From the IMG/VR virus record IMGVR_UViG_3300047552_002383: a DNA stretch of 64,000 nt. One strand, 5' to 3'. The position numbers and the translations under genes are program-made. This stretch comes from an uncultured virus (IMG/VR IMGVR_UViG_3300047552_002383). Taxonomy: Duplodnaviria > Heunggongvirae > Uroviricota > Caudoviricetes. Below the pieces are notes generated by a model, which was given only the letters and a program-made list of their open reading frames with translations, made no database searches and was not told where the DNA came from. Positions 38,944 through 50,168 of this stretch are shown here, piece after piece (positions within the stretch are counted from its first letter, which is position 1; each line of letters starts with the position of its first letter).

Positions 38944-40458
38944 ATGGCTAAAAAATCATCTAATGTTGAAGGTATTGACGTTAGAAAAATAAAACAGGAT
39001 AAACAAAAATCATATGAAAAGTTAAAATATTTAACTAAATGGTTGTTTAATCCAGAAAAATATAATATCGAATTACTTACAGAAAATTTAAATGAATTTA
39101 ATAGTAGTTTAAGATATCGATTATATGGAAATATATTAACAATACCAAAAATAATATGGTATGTAAATAAATATTTAAATCATATCGATACTTTTCATAT
39201 TACTAATGCCGAAGATTTATTAAGAACATTTTCGGATATTATTAAAATATATGGTTTAAAAAATTCTTCATCTTTACATTTTTCTCGATTTCAAACTTTT
39301 AAAAGAGACTCATTTTCAGACATTATTCAAAAATATTGTGAAGAAACTAATTCTTCTTTAAATAAACAAGATGTAATTAATTTATATCGATTATTTGAAA
39401 TAGGAATTATTAAAAGTAATGAAATTGAAGAAATGGAAGATATTATCGAAGGTAAAGAAAAAATATTAAAAAGTAATTCTATTAATACACCTATAGAAGA
39501 AATTAAATTAAATCAAACAAAATCTGCAGAGATAATTAATTTTAGTAATAATTTATTAAATTTTAAAACTAAAAGAAATCCTTGCATACAATGTCCTTTA
39601 TATTATAGACAAACATCTGTTATTGATACTAATATTTCATCATTTACAGATACCCCAGTTGATATAGCTATAGTAGCTAACGAAACCGCTCTCGAACAAG
39701 ATATACAAACCCAATCCCCACTATCCGGTGAGGATGGAATATATTTTAGATCTTTGTTCTATCCATTAGTAAAAAAATATAATTTAAAATATATTATTAC
39801 TAATGCATCTTTATGTTTTCCAGCAAATAAAAAAGAATCTGAGCCAACTGCTACTAAAAAAGCTATGGCTAATTGTAGAGGTATGATCGATGAAATTCAT
39901 TCATCTTTTAAACCTAAATTAATAGTATTATTCGGATCTTCTATTATTCGTAATTATGGAATTAAAGATAAGATTACGGATATTAACGGCGAAATAATAG
40001 ACAAAAAATATTTTTGTATGACTTCGCCACTAGAAGCTTTACGTTCTAAAACATACATGGATAGATTTTTAAAGGCAATGTTCTTATTAGAACATAATAT
40101 GTCAAAATCTTTCCAAATTAAAAATTTAGAAAAAACAGAACAAACTAATGATAATAATACAGATACCGATACTGTTCAAAATTTAAGTATTACTAGTTCA
40201 CGTATTGAAAAAGGTGATACTTTATTTAATATAGAAACACTTAATGATCAATTAGTTTATGTATTTATAGATTCCAATAATAAAAAGAAATATATAATTG
40301 AACAAATTCAATATCCAATATTTATAAAAAATGGAAAATATCAGGAATGTAATTATATAGAAGAAGATATAAATTATAAAGTTATATTATCTCATAAACA
40401 AAAACAAACTTTATCACATAGATTAAATCAAAATATAAAATATACAATAGAATGCTGA
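38944..40458 (+). CDS. Protein with a central uracil-DNA-glycosylase family-4-like (Fe-S) domain
   Basis: CIQCPL...IAIVANETA...PLSGEDG...ITNASLCFP...C...KPKLIVLFG. Confidence 0.6.
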   Translation: MAKKSSNVEGIDVRKIKQDKQKSYEKLKYLTKWLFNPEKYNIELLTENLNEFNSSLRYRLYGNILTIPKIIWYVNKYLNHIDTFHITNAEDLLRTFSDIIKIYGLKNSSSLHFSRFQTFKRDSFSDIIQKYCEETNSSLNKQDVINLYRLFEIGIIKSNEIEEMEDIIEGKEKILKSNSINTPIEEIKLNQTKSAEIINFSNNLLNFKTKRNPCIQCPLYYRQTSVIDTNISSFTDTPVDIAIVANETALEQDIQTQSPLSGEDGIYFRSLFYPLVKKYNLKYIITNASLCFPANKKESEPTATKKAMANCRGMIDEIHSSFKPKLIVLFGSSIIRNYGIKDKITDINGEIIDKKYFCMTSPLEALRSKTYMDRFLKAMFLLEHNMSKSFQIKNLEKTEQTNDNNTDTDTVQNLSITSSRIEKGDTLFNIETLNDQLVYVFIDSNNKKKYIIEQIQYPIFIKNGKYQECNYIEEDINYKVILSHKQKQTLSHRLNQNIKYTIEC

Positions 40459-41828
40459 CAATCATACCTAATGATCAAATAGAAAAGTTAAAAAATAGGT
40501 ATCCGTCATTAGCAGATTGTGATGATAAATTTATTCTTTATCAAAATACAGAATATTCATATCTACCAAGATATTTTTTCAAACAATTTCCTTTTGATAA
40601 ATATATATTTTTTAATGACTCCAACTTTTCAGAAAAAGAGATAAATATTGAATTTACTAAAAGTCTAAGAGATTATCAAGAAGAAGGAGCCAATTTTATA
40701 CTAAATTCGTATAGAACAAATGGTTATGTAAATGGAATTTTCGAAGCATTAGTTGGATATGGTAAAACAACTGTAGCTACATTTTTAACTTCAACCTTAA
40801 AAAAGAAAACATTAATTGTTATTGATAATTCAAAATTAATGCAACAATGGATTGAGGCATATCTTGAATTTACAAATTTAACTATTGATGATATAGGTAT
40901 TATTAAAGGAAAAAAATTAGAATTTGATAAAGCAGTAACTATTGCTAATGTTCAAACTTTAATGTCTAGAGTTAGAAATAATCTTAATGAATCATATCCG
41001 ATTTTTAGAGATGCTGGATTTGGATTAATTTTTTATGATGAAGTTCATAAAACAAGCTCTGGGCCAAGATTTGCAACAAGCACATTATTATTACCATCTA
41101 AAAATATAATAGGGTTATCCGCAACACCTTTTGCTCATGATATTAATGCAATACTATTATACAATTCAATTGGTAATGTTATATATGAATATAAAGATTA
41201 TAAAGTAAAACCAAAATATGTATATTTTTTAAAATATAGTAGTGGATTAGGTCCAAAACATTCTAATAGAGTACGTATTTTAAGAGATTATATTAAAGCA
41301 GTTGCATATTATAATAGTATTATATTTGAAAATAAAGCATATCTGCAATTAATATATGAAATGTCTAAAAAATGTGTTGATGTAAATCATAAAATATTAA
41401 TTATTGCCATAACTATAAAACAAGTAGAAAATATTATAAAATATTTTTCTGATCGTGGGTTGAAAGCTGTTCCAATATATTCTAAATCAAATGATATTAA
41501 TAAAGGAACAGATTCTATTTTAGTTGGTACTATGAAATTTGCTAGTGCTGGATTTGATTATCCTCAATTGTCAGCATTAATTTTAGCGGCTCCATTAAAA
41601 GGAAGAACAACATTAATTCAATCTATTGGACGAGTTGTTAGATCATATCCTGATAAAAATAGCCCTATAGTTATTGATTTAATTGATACAGATTTTCCAT
41701 CATTATTTGAAAATAATATAATTACTAAAATAAATGTAATTAAAAAAGAATTCAATATTGAAGATGAAGTTTTTAATATTTTAAATTATCAATTTAGTAA
41801 AAAAGATATAGATTATGACGATTATTAA
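40452..41828 (+). CDS. Superfamily 2 helicase (UvsW/XPB-like)
   Basis: LRDYQ, GYGKT, DEVH, GLSATP, GFD.P.L, QSIGRVVR. Confidence 0.9.
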   Translation: MLTIIPNDQIEKLKNRYPSLADCDDKFILYQNTEYSYLPRYFFKQFPFDKYIFFNDSNFSEKEINIEFTKSLRDYQEEGANFILNSYRTNGYVNGIFEALVGYGKTTVATFLTSTLKKKTLIVIDNSKLMQQWIEAYLEFTNLTIDDIGIIKGKKLEFDKAVTIANVQTLMSRVRNNLNESYPIFRDAGFGLIFYDEVHKTSSGPRFATSTLLLPSKNIIGLSATPFAHDINAILLYNSIGNVIYEYKDYKVKPKYVYFLKYSSGLGPKHSNRVRILRDYIKAVAYYNSIIFENKAYLQLIYEMSKKCVDVNHKILIIAITIKQVENIIKYFSDRGLKAVPIYSKSNDINKGTDSILVGTMKFASAGFDYPQLSALILAAPLKGRTTLIQSIGRVVRSYPDKNSPIVIDLIDTDFPSLFENNIITKINVIKKEFNIEDEVFNILNYQFSKKDIDYDDY

Positions 41829-42390
41829 TGATTATGTAGATTCGGCTAAACGTACGGAATCTATAGTTTTAGGGCTTAATGATTTAAGTCTTAGGTTATT
41901 ACATTCCTCTATGGGTTTAGCTACCGAAATAATTGAATTTAATGAAACTTATCATAAAAATGGTGCGTTAAAACAATTAGATATAGTTAACTTATTAGAA
42001 GAAATTGGAGATATGTTTTGGTATATTGCTATTGGTTGCGATATATTCAAAATAAATTTTTCTAATATTATTTTTTCATTAAAAAATGAAAAATTTGATC
42101 TTGATACTAGATTATATTCTAGAATTGCGGAAAATAATATTGGTGCTATTTTAGATAAGTGTAAACGGCAAATTTTCTATAGAAAAATAATCGATGAAGT
42201 TGAATATAAAGAATTATATATAGAAGTAATTAAAAATTTATATAAATTAGTTATTTCAATGGGATATGAATTCGAACCATTATTACAAAAAAATATAGAT
42301 AAATTAAAAGCAAGATATCCAGATAAATATTCGGATCATAATGCAATTAATAGAGATTTAGAAGAAGAACGTAGAATTTTGGAGAATTAA
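41815..42390 (+). CDS. MazG-like nucleotide pyrophosphohydrolase
   Basis: GLATE..E, EEIGDMFWY, NIDKLKARYP. Confidence 0.8.
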   Translation: MTIINDYVDSAKRTESIVLGLNDLSLRLLHSSMGLATEIIEFNETYHKNGALKQLDIVNLLEEIGDMFWYIAIGCDIFKINFSNIIFSLKNEKFDLDTRLYSRIAENNIGAILDKCKRQIFYRKIIDEVEYKELYIEVIKNLYKLVISMGYEFEPLLQKNIDKLKARYPDKYSDHNAINRDLEEERRILEN

Positions 42391-42397
42391 TCTAGTT

Positions 42398-42730
42398 ATG
42401 AGCGATAAAATTGTATTTCGTTATTTTGGCATTCCAAAAAATGGTGTTAAACATTCTGGAATAATTTGTGTTGCATCTAAATTAGATAAAGAAAATTATA
42501 CAATTAATATGGCAGCATCTTTTTGTTCAAAAAAAGATGTTTTTAATAAAAAATTAGCCAGAACTATTGCTACTGGTAGGTTAAAATCTGAAAATAGTTT
42601 TATAATAAATCTTCCTATAGAAGAAAAATTAACTCATAAGCAAATTTCCGATATTATCATTAAAAAATTAATTTTATTAAGTAATCTTCCTAGTTGGGCA
42701 ACTAAAATATGGGAAAACTCAACGTATTAG
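42398..42730 (+). CDS. Hypothetical phage protein
   Basis: 110 aa; SFCSKKDVFNKKLARTIATGRL. Confidence 0.55.
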   Translation: MSDKIVFRYFGIPKNGVKHSGIICVASKLDKENYTINMAASFCSKKDVFNKKLARTIATGRLKSENSFIINLPIEEKLTHKQISDIIIKKLILLSNLPSWATKIWENSTY

Positions 42731-42897
42731 TTGAAGCTAAAGAATTTCGTGATAGGTTAAAAATATGTTCTAATTGTTCATATTATAAACCAGAAACGAG
42801 TGTTCTTCCTGCTAGATGTGGGGAATGTGGATGTGTCCTAGCTATTAAAGCTAGATTCAAAATTTTTCATTGTCCACTAAAACCACCAAATTGGTAA
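42709..42897 (+). CDS. Small Cys-rich protein
   Basis: RLKICSNC...CGECGC...CP...W. Confidence 0.55.
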   Translation: MGKLNVLVEAKEFRDRLKICSNCSYYKPETSVLPARCGECGCVLAIKARFKIFHCPLKPPNW

Positions 42898-42949
42898 AAA
42901 ATAACCCTGGGATTTCCCCAGGGTTATTTATTTTTTAAAAAGGTTCGAA

Positions 42950-44260
42950 ATGAGTCAAATATTTGTTGTAGACAATTTACACGCTGAAGATTTAGCAATG
43001 CTCCAAGCATTATATTCTAGATCTGATAAATCTGTTACTGATCACTTGAAAAAAGTAGAAGAGACCGGTTCAGGTCAATTCATGGAAAGATATTATCTTG
43101 GATATGGTCATCAAAGTATTGCTCAATGTGGAAGCACTACTTTATTTTTTGAAAATATTTCTTTATTAGCAGCAAAAGCAATTGAAGATAGTTTACTATT
43201 TAATGGACAAGAATGTTCTACCCGATATTTAAATTTTTCAAAAAGAGATATTTATAAACCAATAGAAACTGATGAATCAAATATCATTATTAATAATTGG
43301 ATGGAATTCTATAATGAATATCTTCCAATAATAACCGAACATTTAAAAACAGAATATATTAACCTAGATCGAGAAAACGAAGTAATATATAATAAAGCTA
43401 TCGAATCTAGGGCTTTTGATATTATGAGAGGATTTTTACCCTGTGGTGTTACTACAAATGTTTCATTACATACTACATTAAATCATGCATATAATCATTT
43501 ATCTACATTAAAATATCATCCATTAAATGAAGTAAATGAATTAGCAAATAATGCTTGGGAAAAATTATTTGAAAAATATCCTCATAGTTTCAAATCTGTT
43601 TTTATTAGAGAACAAGAAGAATATTTAGCTCAAATTACTAATGCAACCGCATATTCCGAGTGCTATGAAGATGAAAAGATAGATTTTGATATTTATTCGT
43701 CAATATCTAATGATTTATTAGTAGAAACTTTAGGAAATCATTTAGAAAATAGACCTAAAGGTTCATTATTACCAAAATCATTAAGATTCTATGGAGAAAT
43801 TAGAATCGAATTTACTTTAGATTTTGGATCATATCGGGATTATCAAAGACATAGAAGTATATCTACTTATAGTCCATTAATCAATGGTACACAAGGATTT
43901 AATGACTGGTATATTAATCAATTTCCGTTTGAAATAAGATCGGATATAAAAAGATTTGTTTCTGAACAATTCTCAAGAATTTATATATTAAAAGAAAAAA
44001 ATCAGATATCAAAAGAAAATTTACAATATTATTATCCATTAGGAACAAATATTAGAATTGGATCTGTTGGCTATCTAAATAATTTTGTATATATTGCCGA
44101 ATTACGATCTCAAAAAACAGTTCATCCTACGTTAAGAAAAATTGCTATTAAAATTGGCAATTTCTTACAAGAAAGATTTCCTAGTTTAAAGTTATATGTT
44201 GATTTTGATAAAGAAGATTTTGTTATTAAACGCGGAAATCAGGATATTTTTGAAAAATAA
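42950..44260 (+). CDS. thyX: FAD-dependent thymidylate synthase (long, tandem type)
   Basis: YGHQSIAQ, QECSTRY, RGFLP, DYQRHRS, ELRS...VH..LR. Confidence 0.8.
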   Translation: MSQIFVVDNLHAEDLAMLQALYSRSDKSVTDHLKKVEETGSGQFMERYYLGYGHQSIAQCGSTTLFFENISLLAAKAIEDSLLFNGQECSTRYLNFSKRDIYKPIETDESNIIINNWMEFYNEYLPIITEHLKTEYINLDRENEVIYNKAIESRAFDIMRGFLPCGVTTNVSLHTTLNHAYNHLSTLKYHPLNEVNELANNAWEKLFEKYPHSFKSVFIREQEEYLAQITNATAYSECYEDEKIDFDIYSSISNDLLVETLGNHLENRPKGSLLPKSLRFYGEIRIEFTLDFGSYRDYQRHRSISTYSPLINGTQGFNDWYINQFPFEIRSDIKRFVSEQFSRIYILKEKNQISKENLQYYYPLGTNIRIGSVGYLNNFVYIAELRSQKTVHPTLRKIAIKIGNFLQERFPSLKLYVDFDKEDFVIKRGNQDIFEK

Positions 44261-44495
44261 AAATTAGGACACAGAATAGATAGATATATTATTATAGTTT
44301 AATATTATGAGTTATTAATATGCAAATTGATTATACATATATTCTAGCTAAATATCCTAATGATTATTCGATTGTAAAAGAATTTTGTAAGAAAAATGCA
44401 AATATTCAATTTAGAAGTTATGATCATATGATTGAAGAATATGAAAAATATTTTGATTCTTTAAATTTAACATATATTGAAGATGAAGTTTAGAT

Positions 44496-46691
44496 ATGCA
44501 CAATAAATTTGTTACTAAAAGAGATGGTGCTATCGAAGATTTTGATATTAATAAAACCCGATTGGTTATAAAATGGGCCACTGAAAACACATCAGTTAAT
44601 CCTTTAGAATTAGAAGCTAAAGTCGATGTTGTATTTTATGATGGAATTAAAACCCAGGATATTCAAGAAAATCTAATTACCCATTCGTTATCACTAGTTA
44701 GTATTGAAAATCAGGAATGGTTAAATGTTGCCGCTAATCTTAGAATTATGACTCGATATAAAATATATCGAGATATTTCATTTAAAAATTTTGTAAAAAA
44801 TAAAATAAATATACAAGAATATAATTTTAGTTTAAATTCATATTCAGATGATGAATTAGATATTGTTAGCACATGGGTTAATAAAGAATTAGATAAGATT
44901 TATGATTATGCTGGAGCCAGTGTATTACTTACAAAATATCTATATCAAGATGAACCTTTACAATATGCTTTTCTAGCTACAGCTCTAACTATCGCTGCTA
45001 ATGAAGAAAAAACAAAAAGAATAGAATTTGCTCAAAAAATTTATAATTCACTTAGTAATAAAAAAATATCATTAGCTTCTCCATTATTAAATGGAGTTAG
45101 AAAACATAAATATAATTTAGCATCTTGTTTTATAGGAAAGATGGGGGATTCGATAGATGAAATATATGGAACGTTACACCGAGCTGCAAAAATCTCTAAA
45201 AACGGTGGCGGGCTCGGGATTTATATTGGTAACATTAGGGCTTATAGTAGTAGTATACGCGGCGTTAAAGGTGCTTCTGGCGGGATAGTACCTTGGATTA
45301 AACTTCTTAATGATACGTGTGTTGCCGTCAATCAGCTAGGAAAGAGAGCTGGTGCTTGTACTGTTGCATTACCAATTTGGCATTATGATATTGAGGATTT
45401 CTTAAATCTTCAAACCGAACATGGTGATCAAAGAAAGAAATGTTTTGATATATTTCCTCAAATAGTAATGTGTGATCTATTTTTGGAAAAATGTGAGAAT
45501 GATTTAGAATGGTATTGTTTTGATCCATATGAAGTGAAAACCGTTCTAGATATTGATTTAAACGAATATAAATCAAAGCAAAATTGGCTTGATAATTATA
45601 ATAAATGTGTCGGGGCTTATAAAAATAAAAAAATTACTCTTGTTAAAGAATATAAAGCTAAATATATAATTAAAGAATTAATAAAAACTATTGTCGAAAC
45701 AGGTTTACCATATATCTCATATGTTGATACATTAAATAAATATAATCCTAATAAACATGATGGGGATATTATATGCGTCAATTTATGTACTGAAAGCGTT
45801 TCTAATGTAGACGATAATCATTGGCATACTTGTAGTTTAAGTAGTTTAAATTTAGCTTATATTGAAGAGAATGAAATTGAAGAACAATGTAAATTAATTA
45901 CTAGATTGCTGGATAATATATTAGATATTTGTGAATATCCAATTAATGAATCTTTAAATCATGTAATCAAATATAGAACAATTGGAATAGGAATTTTAGG
46001 TTTAGCTGATTATTTTGCTAAAAATGGGCAAACTTATGAATCAGCTTATGAATCTAAATATCTTTCCAATTTATTCGAAAATATTGCATATTATTGCACA
46101 TCTGAATCTATTGAATTATCAAAAGAAAGAGGAGCGTATCCTGCTTTCCATAAATCAGAATGGTCAAATGGTAATAGAATAAATAATTTTGCAAATCATA
46201 GTAAAAATCAATCTAAATGGCTAGTATTGCAATCTAAAATCAATATGTATGGGATTAGAAATAGCCAACTATTATCTCCTGCCCCTAACACCACATCCGG
46301 TTTAGTTCAAGGTGCGGTTGCTGGAATATTACCTCCGTTCAATCTATTGCATTACGATGATAGTTCAAATGGTTCTATTGCTATAATGCCACCATTTTTA
46401 TCAAAATATCCATTACTTTATAAATCATATCGTAACTATGATATGATGAAAATGATTGATTATATTGCAGAAATGCAAAAATGGGTAGATACTTCTATTT
46501 CATTTGAAAGTTTAATGGATTTAACTAAATTAGATGAAAATGGAAAGCCCATTATAACGGCAAAGTATATTTATGATTATATTTTAAAATGTAAAAATTC
46601 TGAAATAAAAGCAAATTATTATTGGAGATTTATTTCCAAAAATAGCGATTCAATACATGATGAAGATGTGTGTGTAGGATGTAGTGGGTAA
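44496..46691 (+). CDS. nrdA: Class Ia ribonucleotide reductase alpha subunit
   Basis: ATP cone (VTKRDG), LASCF, GGGLG, NLCTE, CSLSSLNL, APNTTS, C-terminal CxxC. Confidence 0.95.
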   Translation: MHNKFVTKRDGAIEDFDINKTRLVIKWATENTSVNPLELEAKVDVVFYDGIKTQDIQENLITHSLSLVSIENQEWLNVAANLRIMTRYKIYRDISFKNFVKNKINIQEYNFSLNSYSDDELDIVSTWVNKELDKIYDYAGASVLLTKYLYQDEPLQYAFLATALTIAANEEKTKRIEFAQKIYNSLSNKKISLASPLLNGVRKHKYNLASCFIGKMGDSIDEIYGTLHRAAKISKNGGGLGIYIGNIRAYSSSIRGVKGASGGIVPWIKLLNDTCVAVNQLGKRAGACTVALPIWHYDIEDFLNLQTEHGDQRKKCFDIFPQIVMCDLFLEKCENDLEWYCFDPYEVKTVLDIDLNEYKSKQNWLDNYNKCVGAYKNKKITLVKEYKAKYIIKELIKTIVETGLPYISYVDTLNKYNPNKHDGDIICVNLCTESVSNVDDNHWHTCSLSSLNLAYIEENEIEEQCKLITRLLDNILDICEYPINESLNHVIKYRTIGIGILGLADYFAKNGQTYESAYESKYLSNLFENIAYYCTSESIELSKERGAYPAFHKSEWSNGNRINNFANHSKNQSKWLVLQSKINMYGIRNSQLLSPAPNTTSGLVQGAVAGILPPFNLLHYDDSSNGSIAIMPPFLSKYPLLYKSYRNYDMMKMIDYIAEMQKWVDTSISFESLMDLTKLDENGKPIITAKYIYDYILKCKNSEIKANYYWRFISKNSDSIHDEDVCVGCSG

Positions 46692-46774
46692 AAAATAGGA
46701 TAAAGATAGGTTAATTTAACCATATCTTTATCCTTTTTTTATAAACATCTAATTGAACATATGAGTTAAAAATT

Positions 46775-47023
46775 ATGTTTTTGCCAAAAGTAATTTATGA
46801 GTGTCTTCCTTACTCATATATAACATTTTCGGTTTTAATTTGGGTACTATATATCCAACATTTTCTAGTATGGGTTATTTCTATAATATTAGTTATGTTA
46901 TCATATATTATTTTACATATTAGAACCGAATTTAGAAAAGATAAAACTATAGAAGAATTACAATATTATGAAATGTTAGCTAGAAAACGAAAATTTTCGT
47001 TTTCATTCAAATCTAGTAAATAA
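46775..47023 (+). CDS. Small membrane protein
   Basis: Two hydrophobic helices. Confidence 0.5.
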   Translation: MFLPKVIYECLPYSYITFSVLIWVLYIQHFLVWVISIILVMLSYIILHIRTEFRKDKTIEELQYYEMLARKRKFSFSFKSSK

Positions 47024-47031
47024 AAATATTA

Positions 47032-47502
47032 TTATGTATATCTAAGTCTAAAATTAGATTCTGGTGAAGTTGTTATCCAACCCATAGAGTTATCTAAGGA
47101 CCATATATATTTAGACACTAAATTATTAAATTTTTTATAATATGCTTCAATCTGAGATCCTTCTTTATAAAAACCAATTCGTTGTTGATACTCATTTTCT
47201 AATTTTATTTTTCCTAAACATTCCATCAATACATCTTCTTGATTTATACAACGATAACTTAAAGTGGAACATTTATAAAACATTCCCATTAATAAATCCG
47301 ACGGATTTGTTTCTGGTAATATTTCTATCAATATTCTTTGGTCATCTATTTCCGTTTTAATATCACATCTAAATGGACCGAATCCAATTTTATTATGCAA
47401 TCTACAAATTAATTGAAAATATTTTCCATCATAATTTTCAAATTCTATTACAGGTTGAGTATTGAAATTATGATGTGTAAATAATATCATGTCATGTCCC
47501 AA
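47032..47502 (-). CDS. Hypothetical protein
   Basis: About 150-aa ORF; follows a short minus-strand ORF (47492-47668) and promoter motif 47711. Confidence 0.5.
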   Translation of the reverse strand: MGHDMILFTHHNFNTQPVIEFENYDGKYFQLICRLHNKIGFGPFRCDIKTEIDDQRILIEILPETNPSDLLMGMFYKCSTLSYRCINQEDVLMECLGKIKLENEYQQRIGFYKEGSQIEAYYKKFNNLVSKYIWSLDNSMGWITTSPESNFRLRYT

Positions 47503-47768
47503 TTAAATTTAAAATTTGGGTATCACGAGAATCATCATTTTTTCGGATTCCTAAATAAGTTTTTAATTGTCCTAAATTTAATTCAGAATTTAAATATTTT
47601 TTTGATTTTTTTGCATGTTCAATATTACGAATAATTGCTTCGTTATATTTGATGTTTTTCTGTTTCATAATAAAAATAGAGTTAATAAAAAATAATATTC
47701 ATTAAATTTATATCTATATAAAAATAATGAAATCAAAAATGCCCCTTATCTAGGGGCATTTTTTATCC

Positions 47769-48203
47769 TCACAATGTAGTTACCAAATCGGTCAAATGAG
47801 GAATTCTGGTAAAACCTCCTATTGACATATGTTGGAAACGAATTTTCATCGCATTTTTTAATGCCTGTTTTTCTCCATAAATATCAATTGAAAAATAATA
47901 ATTAGAATTATTTACAGAAGCCACCCATTTATTATCTCTTTTTGTTATTCCTACCACACCAGATTTATTATTCTTAGTATATAATTTTCCAGTATAATTG
48001 GGATCTGTAAAATAATGTTCTTTTAAAAGTAAATTTCTATATTCTAAAGCAGCATTTAATGTTGTTTTAAAATTCGAAAATTTACTTATTGTAAATGTTT
48101 TTGTTTTTATATTCGGTACCCTTACTAAAAAAGCTCGGGTAATTTGCAATTCATCTCTAATTACTGTTATGTATCTTAGTTTGAATTTCATTTTTTCCCT
48201 CAT
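47769..48203 (-). CDS. AP2-domain DNA-binding protein
   Basis: Two AP2-like repeats (KTFTISKF...ALEYRN; NNKSGVVGI...KWVA...FSIDIYGEKQALKNAMKIR); own promoter 48224 and terminator 47736-47764. Confidence 0.65.
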   Translation of the reverse strand: MREKMKFKLRYITVIRDELQITRAFLVRVPNIKTKTFTISKFSNFKTTLNAALEYRNLLLKEHYFTDPNYTGKLYTKNNKSGVVGITKRDNKWVASVNNSNYYFSIDIYGEKQALKNAMKIRFQHMSIGGFTRIPHLTDLVTTL

Positions 48204-48294
48204 ATTCTAATTGAATAATATTATATCTATATAAGTATTTAAAAAAATATATAGATATAATATGTTGTGTTAATTTTTGAAAGAGGGTATTTAT

Positions 48295-49314
48295 ATGTTA
48301 GAGTTTCCTAAATTATTTAATCCTACTGGTGACGATAGTGTTCAAGCCAGACAAATTATTAACGGAAATTGTACTAATATTATTAATTTAAATAATGTTA
48401 AATATAAACAATTCTATAAACTTTATAAATTACAATTAGAGCAATTTTGGATTCCTGAAAAAATTGACTTAACTAATGATAGAGTTAATGATTTAACTGA
48501 TGATGAATATCTAGCTTACAAAGGTATTTTATCATTTTTAACATTTTTAGATTCAATTCAAGTTAATAATTTACTTAGTGTCGCAGAATGGTTTACTGCT
48601 CCAGAAATTAAAATTTGCTTAGGAGCCCAACAATTTTTTGAAATTATTCATTCTGCTGCCTATCAGTATATTTTTGAAACTACTATTTCTTCAATAGAAG
48701 AACGGCAAAATATATATGATTATTGGAGAGAAGATCCTATTCTTTTAGAAAGAAATTCATATATTGCAAAAATATATCAAGATTTTATAGATACTAAAGA
48801 AGAAGATGCTTTCTATAAAATGATGATAGCTGATTATTTATTGGAATCTCTATATTTTTATCAAGGTTTCATTTACTTTTATAATCTTGCATCCAGGAAA
48901 AAAATGACTGGTGTAAGTTCAGTTATTAGATATATTAATAAAGATGAATTATTACATGTTGTAATATTTGCAAATCTTTTAACTGAATTCAAAGGTAGAA
49001 TTAATAAAAAAGATATATATTCTATGTTTGAAACGGCAGTCGAACAAGATATTAAATGGAACCAACATATTTTAAATAATATTCTAGGTATTTCTAATGA
49101 ATCTATTGAACAATATACTAAATTCTTATGTAATAAGCGTCTAGTCCAAATTGGATTAGAACCTATATATAATAATGTATCGAATCCTTATAGACATTTA
49201 GAAAAAATATCAGGGACCGATGAAGATAATGATGCAGTTAAATCGAACTTTTTCGAAACTACTGTAACTCAATATAATATGGCATCTGCCGTTTCTGGTT
49301 GGGATGAAATATGA
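48295..49314 (+). CDS. nrdB: Ribonucleotide reductase beta subunit
   Basis: FWIPE, LDSIQ, EIIHSAAY, LESLYFYQGF, DELLH, NFFE; RBS before ATG 48295. Confidence 0.95.
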   Translation: MLEFPKLFNPTGDDSVQARQIINGNCTNIINLNNVKYKQFYKLYKLQLEQFWIPEKIDLTNDRVNDLTDDEYLAYKGILSFLTFLDSIQVNNLLSVAEWFTAPEIKICLGAQQFFEIIHSAAYQYIFETTISSIEERQNIYDYWREDPILLERNSYIAKIYQDFIDTKEEDAFYKMMIADYLLESLYFYQGFIYFYNLASRKKMTGVSSVIRYINKDELLHVVIFANLLTEFKGRINKKDIYSMFETAVEQDIKWNQHILNNILGISNESIEQYTKFLCNKRLVQIGLEPIYNNVSNPYRHLEKISGTDEDNDAVKSNFFETTVTQYNMASAVSGWDEI

Positions 49315-49724
49315 CATTTAGTTTAGTAGGGTCGTATAAAACTAAACCACCACCATATCTATTTAATAATAATTACAATATTTTTCGTAAAGGAATCCAT
49401 AATTATGCAGACGGTGAAAAACTGGCGTCTCATTTTGGATTAAAAATTAAAAAAAACGAACCTAGTATTTGGTTTTATATTCCAAAATTTGTAAAGATAC
49501 ATTCTGATGATGGAGGTAAATGTTTAGTATATTTACATTCTGGAAATGGAGTATTAATAATTTTAAATGGATCTAAATATCAAGAATATCCTATATTAAA
49601 AGGACAAGTAATTCTATTTAATGATAGATTAAATCATATGTGGTTAAGTCATAGTCCTTGTAAATTATTAACTTGTAATGTACAAGTTCCTCGACATAAA
49701 ACATTTGAAATTGAATTTTATTAA
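49311..49724 (+). CDS. Cupin/2OG-Fe(II) oxygenase-like protein
   Basis: HSD...GQVILFNDRLNH (HxD...H facial triad pattern). Confidence 0.5.
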   Translation: MTFSLVGSYKTKPPPYLFNNNYNIFRKGIHNYADGEKLASHFGLKIKKNEPSIWFYIPKFVKIHSDDGGKCLVYLHSGNGVLIILNGSKYQEYPILKGQVILFNDRLNHMWLSHSPCKLLTCNVQVPRHKTFEIEFY

Positions 49725-49789
49725 ATAAAACTATTAGCAGCTAAATTATAAAATATTTAGCTGCTATATTTATTTTAGGTAAATTAATC

Positions 49790-50107
49790 ATGCATATTGA
49801 TGAATGGCTAGAAATACCATCTAGATTATATGATAATGAAGCATATGCTAAATTTATTTTAACATATTTTAGATATTCTGCATGGATGATTCATGCGTTT
49901 CATCCATGGATGAAACAATTTAAATTATTCTGTACATATAATAATGAAAGATATAGAGTTACTGGTGCTAGTAGATTAGGTGATATTTGGTTGACTAAAA
50001 ATCCGGATCAAGATGTAGGATATAGTTTACGAGTTTTTGTAGATGAATGTTCTAATTGGACGGATGATCTTAATGACCCAGATAAAAAAATGTTTATTCG
50101 TAATTAA
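49790..50107 (+). CDS. Hypothetical phage protein
   Basis: 105 aa. Confidence 0.55.
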   Translation: MHIDEWLEIPSRLYDNEAYAKFILTYFRYSAWMIHAFHPWMKQFKLFCTYNNERYRVTGASRLGDIWLTKNPDQDVGYSLRVFVDECSNWTDDLNDPDKKMFIRN

Positions 50108-50168
50108 TTTTATTATACTTTAATATAGATATAATATATTTTAATTTAATTTTTAAATTTGAATAGTT

